A stretch of DNA of 64,000 nt, taken from positions 8,122,001-8,186,000 of the forward strand of contig OZ059895.1 in NCBI GenBank assembly GCA_964057225.1. The letters are read 5' to 3'. The notes below the pieces were generated by a model, which was not told where the DNA came from, made no database searches, and saw only the letters and a list, made by a program, of their open reading frames with translations. Made by a program: the position numbers and the translations under genes. Within the stretch, counting starts at the first letter, position 1. Every line of letters begins with the position of its first letter. The stretch comes from Auanema rhodensis (Eukaryota; Animalia; Nematoda). This document shows, piece by piece, positions 12,568 to 26,300 of the stretch.

Positions 12568-13249
12568 CACTAAAATTAACTGCTTATTCATTGAAACAGT
12601 TTCCACTTATTAATCATCCAAATAATATCAAAACAAATAAAGTTGGGAGCAATGATAACAAAACATGATAAAATTTCGAAATTTTCATGTGACTAAAATT
12701 ATTCAAGTACCAGTCATAAACTTATCTTATTATAAAACAAGAACTATAAAAATTTGAGGGAAGCTGCACTTATTCGAAACAGTTCGCCAGTTTGAATTCG
12801 ATAATTAAAAATAAAAAAACCAACCAGTAAATAGCGCTTGAAACAACAAATGATAGATGGCAATTAGTGAACATAACTTTTATAAATTGTTCCTTTGAAC
12901 ATTTTTATAATATATTCATGCGTAAGCTTAATAGAGATGGAGAAATTTACAACCTAAGAAATCTTGAGGGTACCACAGAAATTGGCGGCAAAACTCAAAA
13001 CCCTGTTAAGAAAAGAAAAATTCAAATGTATTTTACAGTATCATAGCCAAAGACCTTTAATTTTCTCAAAAACAAGTTGAGAAATACAGTAACAGGATAT
13101 GAAATACAATATGTAACGAAACTAGAATTATCGATTTCTTTTTAGTAAGCTTCATTGAGAAAAATTTCCTGCCTATGTTTTTCACTACGCAGTAGTAGGG
13201 TGTATATCTGAAACGGGCGAAAGTTCTAGTTACGGGAAAGTAATGAACT

Positions 13250-13265
13250 GAGATTGCGCAATCTC
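13250..13265. promoter_or_regulatory. 16-bp perfect palindrome with a C/EBP-type bZIP core (ATTGCGCAAT)
   Basis: GAGATTGCGCAATCTC in the divergent intergenic region between SKP1 and the orphan gene. Confidence 0.45.
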
Positions 13266-13472
13266 CTTTGAATTCTAATATATCTCAACCGAGTACTTGA
13301 GTTGCCGATTTCCTCTATTCGAAAGCGACAATTTGAAAAATATAATTAGGAAATAATTATATAACGAATTGCTACTAGCAGTGTTTCGTAAGCCTTGTTA
13401 TTTCCAGAACTCCCTTATTAACGCTATTTTTCATGAGGTATCGGGAAGAAATTGTTTTGTGAAAACGACAAA

Positions 13473-15253
13473 ATGAAGTCAAAAGAAAACTCGACTATGT
13501 GAGTGAGTTTAATAAATTTATTACGATATGTTGTATTTTCAGAAAATCCCCTTTAACGAAAAAGAAAGTTATCTTCACTACTAGAGTACTCTCATTCTAG
13601 AAGTCAAGATCATCATATTTGTTACAGGAAAGAAATGCTAATTTTGAAGATGGCCATATAAAGCTCCGCATTTGTCTGAACAATGATAGAAAGACGGGGA
13701 CAGTTACGCTGATTGAAGAGGTAAGGCATTTAATTCTGCTCAAAATGAAATGAATTTAGGAGAAGAAAAAAATAAAATGCCGGTTGAATGAAATGAGGTA
13801 AGTTTTAGCCAAACTGAAGGTATTTTTTTCTGAGTATTTAGGAAAAAGGAGTTATGGAACCAAGAACAATGGAAAAAAAGGATGAAGCATGAGAGACAGA
13901 TTCTTAGTCGTAGAACTCGTTATATCAGACGTTCTTTGGAAAAAAACTCACAATCTCAAAGTAAGATACTTGTAGTACAAATTGTTCATTCATAATTTGT
14001 AGGCATTGCCGTTCACCCTCTCAATCCAGCCGAAATAAGTTTATTCAATGTCGAACCTTCTATTCAGCCTGTTGTCGCTAATGAAAATAGAAGGCGTAGA
14101 TCTCGTTCTCATTCTCATAATGTAAGAACCAGATCCCTACCTAATAACATAATAATTTAGATTACTCCCAAACAACCTTTAAATGGTGTGAGCCATTCTA
14201 CTGTTGATGAGACATTAATAAATGAAGGAGAAGAAATAAATCAGGAGCAGTGGCCAAGTTTATATGATTATTTTGATGGTGAAAGCGAACAGCTTTCTGA
14301 ATTAATGAACGAAAGATTTGAAATTAATGTAGAACAACTTATTAATGTTGATGAAAATACTCTTCTTCAATATGAAGGAGATGAGGTAACGACTGTGCTA
14401 TTGTTGAGATTCATTTGTTTCTTTAGGTAGAAGTTCAAGTTGAGCCATCTCAATTCCTCAAAGCTTTAAAAGGAGATGATGACGAAATTGTTGTGTTGAA
14501 AGTAGTCCCATCAAATCACAGACTGTCCATGCATGTCGAAGAAAAGCCTATGATTATGACAAATATTGCTAGTCCGGATACAAACGTGTCTTTGTCATCT
14601 CCCCTCGCTCTTAACAATGTAACTGAAATGTCGAAGGGTTTTTCTAACTCTAGGAGCTCCAGCACTCCACTAATAACTTCTGAAGGAATGCAGGATAAGT
14701 TCAATTGTAAACGTTGGAAGTATATTAAGTTAGTTTTCTATCGTGTTTTAACCTGTGACTTTTAGCTGGGAGAAAGATGAATGGCAGGATATTGTCGTAT
14801 CTGACATTACTAGGGCCTCTTGGAATATATCAAAAACCAGCGTTTGGGATTGGAAAAATGAGTGGCAAAACGTGAAAAATGTTTGTCGTGCTTGCGATTT
14901 AAGGGCTGATACATGGAATGACGATGATGACGATGATGGACCATTCCCACCACTGTAAATTGTATTTTTACATTATTATTTCACTATTATTTTTTCTTTC
15001 AGAACTCCAAAATTACGGAAAGAGAATAGTTTTAATAATAATCTAAATGATATTCCGGTTTCACCCATACCTTATGTAGACTCGGCAAATCCACTAAACA
15101 CTAATGTGGATACTCCGTTAATGAATTTAGAATCAGAAGATAATTTATTGACGTCAATCGTATGATATTCGTAGTTAAGTTTATAGTAAGCGGTAAATAT
15201 TACAGCGTTCGTCAGATCTTGTTGATCTTGGATACATGGAGGAAGGTATATGA
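13473..15253 (+). CDS. Uncharacterised protein, 443 aa, 11 exons
   Basis: Eleven exons joined by GT-AG introns keep frame (1332 nt) from ATG 13473 to TGA 15251-15253. Basic N-terminal half, acidic and Trp-rich C-terminal half. No family recognised. Confidence 0.75.
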
Positions 15254-15468
15254 ACTGAAGTTGGACATATAAGAATGGAACAAAATCGGGTAGTCTCTTT
15301 TGTATAAATTGTATTTTTGCATTTTGTCAATCCGCAATTTTATCAATGTTTTGATCTCTTAATAATTCACCCTATTGAATGTTTTTTCTATACTTTACAA
15401 AAGCCAGAAATAAATTTTAGTGTCAAACAATATAACAATATGATCCACTAAGTTTTCTATATCGTAAT

Positions 15469-15961
15469 CTATTGGATAATTTCTTGCCCTTTCTCCATTG
15501 GACGCCATCTGTCCTTCTCGCTATTCATAGCGACTCTATTTTGGTCCGTTATCTTATGCACTTCTTCAATTTTTTTGATATTTTCTAATAAGGCGACAAT
15601 TTTATTCTGGAATAATGTAACTAGAGTTTCAATAAACTATATAACTTACTCCCAGTCGTAACTGATCAAGCTTATAATTCAATTGAACCGGTGAAGTTGC
15701 AAAAACAGGTCTATTATCTGGAGATAATAATCTATATCGAGCAACCTTGGTTATGAATATTTACCTTCAAATGAGAAGTCGGGACCATCTTCTAAGGGAT
15801 TTAAATAAGGAGCTCGATATATTCTAGAATACCGCAAGATTAATCGATTATAATGGCTAGAATTATCATTACGGTTTTCGGAAATTCTGGAATCTTCCTC
15901 TGATTTCTCTTTGGGTATTGGGAATACAATAAGTTCGAATTGATTGACTAGCGCGTTGCAT
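15469..15961 (-). CDS. mrpl-52: Mitochondrial ribosomal protein L52 (mL52)
   Basis: Four exons; 'PLEDGPDFSFEDNRPV' resembles mL52 'PLxxLPDWSYADGRP', then a helical region and 'RPMEKG'. Absent from the ORF track. Confidence 0.75.
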
Positions 15962-16159
15962 CTTTAAAATAATAAAAGTATGTAAACTCTCAGAATAGAA
16001 AAATGTATCAAAATAGAGTTAAGATGATTAAAACATCAATGTAAGAAACATGGACAGGTGCTTGTATAGCTTTATAAAAACGCGTAATGCATCGAGAACT
16101 TATGTCAACAACCGATTGCAACAAATAAATAACACAACTGTACAACAATAAAAAGTTGA

Positions 16160-18408
16160 TCAAGCCCACATTTTAATGAGGGAATCCCAACCAGCTGTGA
16201 TCATTTTACTCTTTTCTTTTGGATGCCACTTAGCAGAAATACAAGTGTTATCATGAGCTTTCCATCTAAACAAACAAAATAACGAAATAAAAGGAAAAAA
16301 TGTTCTTACTTAGCGACGATCTTATGAGTTCTCCAATCCCAAACAAAAACTTTTCCATCAGAATCACCACAAATAATATAACTTAAAGAATTTGATTTAA
16401 TATTTTACTTTGATACTTTCTGTAATACCTCATATCTGGACTGAAGTCAGTCGTACAAGAGTATCCGGCAGAATTATGGCCACGGAAATTCTTCTTTTTA
16501 GCAAATCTCAATTTGTCATCAACTAATTGGAAAAGTACAATTCTGCTATCCATGGACTGCCCAACAACCCACTTTTCTATATCCATGCAAAATATATAAA
16601 TAACAGAAATTCTTCATACCATTAGGTGACTTCGTCATAGTAGGTATAGAGTGCAAACCAACATTTTGGATAAGCTTAGTATCAACAGGAATTTCCCATT
16701 CCCAAATTCTGATAGATTTATCATCAGAAGAAGAAGCAAAGCGTCTATTCTTATCAAAGAAAGTAATTGAATTAACTGGTCCCAAATGACGGTCATATTC
16801 CTGGAATATAAATATGCACGTTTCTAATGATTCAGAAAACACAAGAATACCTGAACAATTTCGCCAGATCTGCAATCCCATTGCATAATTTTCTTATTTT
16901 GCATACCAGACAAAAACATATGGTTTTTATCCTCATCCGGGTTAAATTTAAGACACATTGGAATGTGTCCCGTTGTAAAGCGTTGTTTCACCTTTAAGTA
17001 ACATTGTGATAAATATATAAACGGAAAATTACTTGGCCAGTTTCAGTATCCCAGAGCTTTATATATTTATCATAACTAGCAGAGAGGAACTCAGTACCAT
17101 CATTGTTAAAAGCAACCTCGCGCACAGGCAACTTATGACCAGCATATGTCCTAACCATTTGCTGCTTACCGTATACTTCCCACAATTTTATCTTTAGAAA
17201 ATAACTAATAACTCCAAACAAAAATTAAATAAAACCTTTGAATCCATAGAACAGGAAAGGAATAGATGAGCACTTTGTGGAAACCATTGTAAGCAATTAA
17301 CTCCTTTGGAATGTCCTTTATAGACATGAATCTGCTTCTTGGGAATGTAGCATCTAAAAAGATATTAAGCGTATAATTTAGGTTGATTCAAGGTAGAAAC
17401 CTTTCAGGTACATAGTCCGCACGCAAATTAACACCGGTAAATGCAGGAGGAACAATGAATGATCTTCCTTGATAATCAGCAACTTCTTTCACTGTTATAT
17501 AGAGATAAAAACTAATATTTCGAAATGAAAACTAACAATGTAAAGTGGACGTTTCTTCTACTACTTCTTGTTCCTTCATTTGGGCTCTCCAACGACGACT
17601 GTTCATTTGTCTTCGTCTTACTATTTCATCCATCTCTGCTTGGAGCTGTGGATCAGGCTTAGCAATAGTTTTTTCATCTTCGTATTTAGCCCAAGGACCT
17701 GAGACGTCAACTTTATATCTGTTTCTACTAGATTTCATCAAACCTGTGTATCCTTCAACATCAGTAGAATCAAAATTATACGCTCTTTTTCTCTTTTCTC
17801 CTCCGGTTTTTACCGAATCGAATAAAGATGCTCCTTGACTATTTGCGGCATTAGCTTTGTTGCCAATAAATTGATTACCTGCAAAACAAAAAAGATTTGT
17901 ATGTTATCATAAACTGCTAACTTGTTTCGGCTGTAGGGTTACTAGCATATCCTAACGTATCATAACTTCGTATTTCTCTCTCAAAGTGAAAGTTGTTGAT
18001 GTAAGCAGGTTCCACAAATCCAGTTAGAGTATTTTTTTGTGCCTTCTGATTCTCAGATTTAAACGGATTACTTGGTCCAGCCTAATATCAACAATACCAC
18101 CATTAAAAAACATTAAACTACCTCGGGTTGAAATAGTTGTTCATAAGTTGGATTTGTTTTGATTTCTTTTGTTTTAGGATCGACAATAGCAATTTCATTC
18201 AATATACTTTTAGTTGTAACTTCGGGTGCTGCCTAAACATAAAAATTTGAATAATAAAGAAAAAATATAATTTCCTTACAGCTAAAGCTAAATTTATCTT
18301 GGGTATCGCTAAGGATTTACAATTATCAAGGGTTAAGGCGGCAGTGTGCTGATCATCTGACATATCCTCATCTCCATCACTATGAACATAGCCTTGGAGT
18401 AAATCCAT
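16160..18408 (-). CDS. prp-17: Pre-mRNA splicing factor PRP17/CDC40 (WD40)
   Basis: 'NPTYEQLFQP..GPSNPF', 'KNTLTGFVEP', 'YQGRSFI', WD repeats 'FLSASYDKYIKLWDTETG' and 'YDRHLGPVNSITF..SSSDDKSIRIWEW', end 'AGWDSLIKMWA*'. Confidence 0.95.
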
Positions 18409-18698
18409 AGCTTCTATATTCTACAAAAAATTAAATAATCGTTAAACAATATAAATTTATCATTCAGCTTAAGTTTTCAAACTAAGTTTATTCGAAATTT
18501 GAACGGATAGTGGCATTAGTCCAAATATGTACACTGAGTATCCTACGCGTACGCTGTGAGATTTTTAACTGCGTACGCAGTAAGCCGTTCCACGTCGGTT
18601 AATTATATTTATTTAAATTTCTATGTTTTCTGATCTAAATACCATTGAACTCATTAAAAATTAAATATACACTGCTTTGAAGGTTAATTTGAACTAAA

Positions 18699-20844
18699 AT
18701 GGGAAATAGCGAAAGTGTACCAATTCCAGGAGGAGGAACCGAAGGCTATCATGTTCTTAGAGTAAGTTTTGCTTTACCTGCCCACATGTAATAAATATAT
18801 AATTTAAGGTTCAAGAAAACTCTCCAGGACAAGTAGCAGGTCTGGAACCCTTCTTTGACTTTATTGTATCTATTGGAAATACAAGACTTGTAACTCGTTA
18901 TTAATATATTTTTATATACACATTAATTCAGGACAAGGATAATGATACTATGAAAGAAATATTGAAGCAACATGTTGAGAGACCAATAGAATTAACTGTA
19001 TACAACAGGTTGACTTTTAATTTCTGTCGTTTTGTGAGAATATTGTTTAGCAAAACTCAAACTGTTCGTCAGACAACCGTAACCCCTTCCCAAATGTGGG
19101 GAGGACAAGGCTTACTAGGAGTTTCTATTCGTTTTTGTTCATTTGACGGAGCCAGTCAACATGTTTGGCATGTAGTTTCTGTACAGGTCAGTTTTAAAAT
19201 CAATTCTAAAATGCATAGATTTGTTTTAGTCCAACTCTCCTGCTTCAATTGCGGGTCTTCAATCAGATACCGATTACATTCTTGGAGCAGAGAGTGTACT
19301 GAATCAAGCAGATGATTTGATCGCTCATGTTCAAGCAAACGAAGGGAAACCTTTGAAGCTATATGTGTATAATGTAGATAGTGATGTGGTTCGCGAGGTA
19401 CTGTTAAAATATATGTGTTTATGTATATTTTATGTTCTTTTTAGGTAACTTTAACTCCCAACTCCGCATGGGGAGGAGAAGGCTGCTTAGGTTGCGATAT
19501 CGGTTATGGCTATCTGCATAGAATTCCTCTTTCGGTTGATAGATCGCGACCAAGTGCAGGCGTAGCATATGTTGCTCCCACGGCTACTAAGGCTTCCCAA
19601 CCAGCCTATACTGGAATTCCACAAATGGATTCGGTTGGGTTACACTTCTATATTTTTTAAAATGAGTCCTGATTCAGATTTCTCAAGCTCCAGCTGTTAA
19701 TTCGTTCCCCGATCCAAGCCAATTCACAGGAACCCCCGCAGTCAATAATCTGTATGCTCCACCACCTTCCGTAAGTCTACTCTCGCTGTTCCAAGCATTC
19801 GTTTATTTTTATAGAATGTTACTCTTCCTCCTCCTCCAGTAGTTCCTAATGTCTTGGGAAGTTCTCATGTTTCTTATACTGATAGTCAAGATAAACAGTC
19901 CTCTGGACATGGACATAGTCACGATCACGGACATGGGCACAGTCATGATCACGGACATGGACATAGCCATGATCATGAGCACAATCATACTCTTGAACAA
20001 AATGTAGTCTCTCAACAGGCTACCTATGGAAATGAAACTAATAATGTTTCTGCTGCTCAACAAATTCCACAATACCAAGTTCCATCTCCTGATGTAACAT
20101 ATCCAACTCCTCAACTCCAATCCAACAATATTAACCCCTATAGGTAATAAGTTTTAATACTCTGACAAGCTAATGTATAGTTTCAGCCAATCTTACGATC
20201 ATACCCAAGGCCAAACTGGTATGCCTCCTGTGTCTCCTGCTTTGTCTCAAGTGTCAACAACTCAAGTAGAATAATTATTTTGTTATTTTCATGTTTTAAT
20301 TACTTTAGCATGGTAACGATGTTGCTGATCTTACTGCTCAGTTCCAAAATGCTAATATTCAGCAAACACCTTATGGAGCCCCACCAACAAGCTATCAAGT
20401 TCCTAGGTATTAAGTGTTTAAGTATTTATATTATCTATAATTTTAGCTCTACCTATTCTAACTATTCTGCTCCTCCCATGCCACCAAGCGCTCCTCTGAC
20501 AACAAACTACTACCAACCTACACCTCCATCAAATCCTTCTGCCATGGGAATACCATCCCATGTACCCCCAATGTTTGCTACTACAGGAGCGCAAGCTCCT
20601 CAACAGGTTTTTGATTCAATTAGTTATTAATATCCTTATTTCATTTTTAGCCCTATGCTCCTCCTGCCTTGAACTTCCCTATGCCACCATTAAGCTCTCT
20701 AGGTATTACTCAACCATTAGCTCCACCACCATCTACCCAACCAGCAGGTACTAGCTGATTCGTTATGAAAAAAATTGTTATTTTTCAGCTCAATACCAAG
20801 TTCCTCCACCACCACAGGGTGGATACTACATGCCTTCTTCCTAA
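18699..20844 (+). CDS. GORASP2: Golgi reassembly stacking protein GRASP55/65
   Basis: Myristoylation start 'MGNSES', '[18 protein letters not shown]', '[16 protein letters not shown]', '[20 protein letters not shown]', and a Pro/Gln/Tyr-rich tail with a His-rich insert. Confidence 0.93.
19905..19976 (+). repeat. Coding repeat, 3 x 24 bp, encoding (GHGHSHDH)3
   Basis: ggacatggacatagtcacgatcac-like unit repeated three times in the GRASP tail. Confidence 0.9.
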
Positions 20845-21104
20845 TTTATAAAAGTTATGAGAGTTTTGGGTCGCTTATTTCGTATTGTTTACAGTATAGA
20901 TTTATATGTAAATTGCTATTGTTCATAATATACATAATTTATTAAATTATTTGTTTTTACGGTTCTAAATGGTGATGAGTGAAGTTTGATTGTCCATATT
21001 GTCCTTCTATAATGGGGATGAATTCCCTAGGGATATCTATTTAAGTATACAAACATTAGTTGGCTAAATGTAGATTTTAAGATTGATAAATTCGAATTGT
21101 GATT

Positions 21105-23327
21105 ATGACTTCAATTGAGATAGAAGCTGCAGAGTCAGTTTTCATAATTTCGTTAATTTTCATGTTCGCAATATTTCAGCGTTATCCGCCTCGTCGAACA
21201 ATATTTAAAAGAAAATAATTTAATGAGAACTTTGTCAGTTCTTCAGGTACAACTGTTTTTGTTTTCCTATTTGAATTGTAGAAATTAAGGAAGAAACTAA
21301 TATTACCTTGAACACAGTTGACAGTATCGACACTTTCTGCCATGAAATAACGAGTGGACATTGGGATACTGTTTTGAAAATTATACAGCCTCTTAAATTA
21401 CCAGCCAAAAAATTAATTGATCTCTACGAACAGGTTTTTTTGGAGGGTTACAATGAGTTTACATTTTTTTTAGATGGTAATTGAACTTGTTGAGCTACGA
21501 GAATTAGCCACAGCTCGACTTATTGCTCGTCAAACTGATCCAATGCAATTGCTTAAACAAATCGATGTTGAAAGGTTTTTTTGTAGTAAGCTTTGTTTTA
21601 TATTAATATTGTTTCTTATAGATATACTAAACTGGAGAGCTTGATCAGTCGACCATATTTCGATTCTGCTGAAGTATATGGCGATGTCAGCAAAGAAAAA
21701 CGAAGATCAGCTATTGCGACAGTAAGCTTTAGTTCTTCTTTTTTATTTTGAACGATATCTTGATTTATGTGAATTAAAACTTTATAATTTCTGTGAGATT
21801 GTAAAGAAAAGAAAATAGCTTGATTGTTATTCCATTTCAAACATGTAGTGAACCGGTTGCAAATGGTTAATTGTTAGTATTTCATTTTTCAGTCTCTCTC
21901 CAGTGAAGTTAATGTAGTAGCGCCTTCCCGATTACTAGCTCTTCTCTCGCAAGCTTTGAAATGGCAACTTCACCAAGGCCTCCTTCCTCCAGGTTGCTCT
22001 AGTTCATATTTTTCTTAATATAGTTACAATTTTTTAGGTACTCAAATTGATTTGTTCAGGGGAAAGGCTGCTATGAAGGAACAGGAAGATGAACGATATC
22101 CTACACAGTTAGCTCGGCATATTAAATTTGGTGCCAGTATGTTTTATCATATTTTTACTAAATTTATCTCAATATTTGTTAGGCAGTTATCCTATGTCGT
22201 CTGTGTTTTCACCTGATGGACAATACCTTGTCACTGGCTCCAAAGATGGTTTCATAGAGGTTTGGAATTATATGAACGGAAAACTGAGAAAAGATCTTAA
22301 ATATCAAGTATGTTTTCTTTCATTATGCATTGTAAAATCTTTTTAAGGCCCAAGACACTTTGATGATGATGGATAGTGCGGTAATGTGTTTGTGTTTCAG
22401 TCGTGATTCTGAAATGCTTGCGTCTGGGGATTCTGAAGGGAGAATCAAGGTTTTTTTTCCTTTAGATTTTTCTCAGATTCTATCTATTTATTAAGGTTTG
22501 GAAAATTCAAACAGGGGACTGCCTTAGAAGATTTGATCATGCTCATTCAAAAAGTGTAACATCTGTTCGTTTCTCTCGCGATAACTCTCATGTGCTATCC
22601 TGTGCCAACGACCATATCATAAAGTTATTATCGTATATTTGTCATATTAGCTTATACATTTAAGAGTACATGGTTTGAAAAGTGGAAAATGTCTCAAAGA
22701 GTTCCGTGGTCATACCTCTTTCGTTAGTGATGCAAGATATTCTGAGGAGGGCAATCAAGTAGTAAGTTTAAGCTTTCGTTTTATGCTTAGTGATGTCTAT
22801 GTTCAGGTTTCTTGCTCTGCCGATGGAACTATACGCGTTTGGAATTTAAAAACAACCGACTGTGTTAATACATTCAAAGTATCAGGAGAAACACAGATAT
22901 TATCTATTCATCCTGTACCCAAAACTGATCAGTTTGTGGTTTGCAATCGCTCAAACACATTATTTGTTGTAAATATTCAAGGCCAGGTAAGTTCAAGCCA
23001 ATGAAAAGTTTTTATTTTGATATTTCGCAGGTGGTACGTCTTATGACTTCTGGTAAAAGAGAGAAAGGAGAGTTCTCCTCCTGTGTTTTATCACCGAGGG
23101 CTGAATGGGTGTATGCTGCTGGAGAGGATGGGGTTTTGTATTGTTTTCCTATGTTATCGGGAAGTTTAGAAAGCACTCTTCCCGTATGTTATATTGTGTT
23201 TATGTTTTTATTGATTTGAAACATTAAGGTATCTGAACGAGCTGTGCTTGGTATTGCTCACCATCCTCACCAAAACCTTATCGCGACTTTTACGGATGAT
23301 TCATATCTTCGTTTATGGAAGGATTAA
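21105..23327 (+). CDS. smu-1: Spliceosomal WD40 protein SMU1
   Basis: '[24 protein letters not shown]' (LisH/CTLH), '[17 protein letters not shown]', '[33 protein letters not shown]', end '[16 protein letters not shown]'. 14 exons. Confidence 0.96.
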
Positions 23328-26300
23328 TGGCTACAATTTACGGCAATATATCATTTTGTTATTTGTTTTTATTTATTTAAATACTCGTTTGATACTCAGA
23401 GAAGTATGATTTTCATATACTCATCTCGTAACTGTGCTTAGTTATTATTGTTGTTGTGGTATTTATCTCACTCGACTTTATTTGTCCACCCAGCTTCTAT
23501 TCTCACGGTGTCCTTTCTTTGTAAACTGTTGTTTATTCTAGTTAACACTTGGACCATAAATTCATAAATGAGTTCAACGTTCACTGAAGCACAAGGAGCT
23601 CGTTTCTCCGTTAGTTTCTTGTAATTTTTGTTTTGGCATGCTATTTTTTCGTCTCAGCTTTTCCTTCTCTATCTGGGCCTTAACAGGTCACAAAACGTGC
23701 AAAAAGGAACCCTACAACGTCATTCTGTACTAGAAGGACGACAAGGATCAGCATAGTTTCAGACATCCTGAGGTATTTTTAGGTTTTATCCTTTGTATTA
23801 TATTCATGAAAGAGTGATAACCTTTTGAGTGAAAGTTATAAGAAATGGCATACATCTTAATCTGTCAGTTAAACAGCTTGTTTTTATAAGTGTCGTTTTC
23901 GTGTTGGACGGTTTATTGAACAAATATTACGTGGTGTGATTGTTGCTAGCCATTTTGATATAATTTTCGTCAAAGCTATGCGACCGCTTGCAGTTATAAG
24001 ATAAAATAACTTTGAAATACCTGTAAATATTATGTTTACAACTTGAAGTAAAAATTTTATTCATCTATATCCTTTATGTTATGCTCATGCCTCCATGATT
24101 CAATTATCACCTGCTTTATAGCCAGAAAAGGCATAACTTTCTTTTGCTTTTAAATTTTGCCATTTTGTTTCCCTCATTCTACACTTTGTATTGAATTTCT
24201 TTAGTATCAATTTAATAGTTGACCTGTTCTTTTTTCCTTATGGTTATCAAGTAAGATCTCCGATTGAAACATTGTTTTTGAGTTAACAAATTACTAATTC
24301 ATGAAATTAATTTTTGATTTACTTCAATATAATTTCATTACTGAATAAGTACACATTTAACCTAAGAGCTTTTGATGCTGAATTCGTTTATTTAACTTCG
24401 GAAGGCCTTCCTGTCTTTGACGATGTATAGTCATGTCATAGAAACATAACACCTTTTAACTGCTTCTTTCAACGTTTTCAACAAGTTTCACTATATTTTA
24501 TAATTTTGTTTTGACTCTTTTTGGAAAGTTCTGTTTGACCTAGTATTGTGCTTTCCAAAACAATAGAATGTTCTTTTTTAACCTGCTTCATCCATGATTT
24601 GAATGAGGTGTTTCACCAACACATTGTCAAATTAACTATTGGTTTATTAAATTATGAAGGTTTCTATTTTCTCTGATTCAATTTCAACGCAATAATACTA
24701 GAGAAAGTTGTACAATGTTCGAGACCACGTCAAAATATGGCTTAATTAGAATATACGTGAAAGCTATACTGATTAGCATTGAGCTTGGGGGCTTGTGAAT
24801 AACTTTGTTTTCTTATTCAGTTTTCCTTTTTTGATGCTTCCTATTAGGTAGGTGGATCTGAATATAGCATCATGCTCAGTATATTCTTGTGTATGTTTCA
24901 AGAATATAGCATGTCAACTTGATATTAGTAATCAGGCTCGCTTCTCAAATACGAGTATATGAATATTTTTATTGCTCTAACGTATCCCTTGGATATAAAA
25001 TAAAGATGGCTGCCTAGTGGATGTATCCTGGATTTACCTTTTATGTTTTCCGCTTCCTCTCTTGATTCATTGCTTAAGAGAGGTACAAGCACGTCTGAGT
25101 CAAACTATTTGAAAAAAAACTTTCTATTCTTTTGTGCTATCCTCTTATCCATTGAGTTATTTGATGGCTTCACATGGTTTCTTTTATATTATGCTTTCAA
25201 CTAACAAGCTTTAACCATAGCAATGCCGGCGGAAATGCTTCTTTTTCTCCTCCGCTTTAGCTTTACTCCCACCTATGCCAATTTTGTCTAAAATGGTTGG
25301 CTTTATAAAATATTGCTCTGTTATTTATTTCAGTAGTTTATTAAAAAAACTGATGCATTAACCTACCTTGAAAAGATGTGAAATCCCTAAAATGTTTTTT
25401 ATTCATATGACTCTCGAGCATTATTCTACAAGTTTCATTTTGTTAGCATCTTTAATTTTTTCATTGTCGTCTTACTTCAGTTCTTAAAATATTCATGAGA
25501 GACGAATAAATGTCGCTTTAATAACTGTAATTAACGAACTGATCAATTCGTCTACGAAACAAAAATTCTAATTCAATATATTCGCGCTCGTGTGAGGTTT
25601 CAAACCATAAAAGCTGCGAGGCTGAGACATAAAGCCAAAGATACGAGAGGGTTGGTATTTGACAGATTTGAATGACAAACAGAAAATAGCAAGTGAGTTT
25701 GCTGTTTTTAGTCTCATTTTTCTCGGCAATGACGCTTAGGCTATCTGTTCTCTTTGCATTTTACATTAACCTCAGTAGCCGATTGTCGGGTTCTATTCAT
25801 TGTTTCCACTGCTCTTCCTGTCTCCACCTCCCTTCCTCTCACACTAAGTTCAATTTGCAATTTCTATCTGACTTCATGCTCTTCATTTGTCGCTTTCTTT
25901 AATCGCGCAAGACTAATTCTCTATCTAATATGTAGAATTCGTAGTGCATTTTCGATTGGCAAACATCTGTCTACTTGTTATCGGCCATAGGAAAAATTGA
26001 AAAATTCCCTTCTCTATTATTGAAGTATTAACTCTACAGAGAGCTGTTTTCCTTTTTTGAGTTTTTTTTGTTCAACACTTGCCATCACTGTGGCAATCGG
26101 CTCTCAAACTAGCTGTCGTCTTCAATTTCTCATTTATTCATCCAATAATGCTTTGCGATGTACACGTACATCACTTCACTTTTCTTGGCTACTCGTATCT
26201 ACTGCCTTCTTTTGGATTAGAGTATCTTATTCTGACTTTGTTTTATATGCTCACATTTGCAAAGTGCCCGGATATTCGCTATTTCGGGCCTCATATGTTT

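Noticed and set aside
13190-13310. Possible RNase P/MRP RNA (GGGAAAGU-like motif)
   Set aside because: No complementary P4 partner or conserved CR-V region found; a covariance-model search would be needed.
22675-23004. Apparent insertions in ORF-track translations of smu-1, nfs-1, GRASP and bli-4
   Set aside because: They are short stop-free GT-AG introns read through by the ORF finder.
24855-24915. Hairpin CATGC..TATATTCTTG/CAAGAATATAGCATG as a miRNA precursor
   Set aside because: The stem is too short and AT-rich, with no recognised seed.
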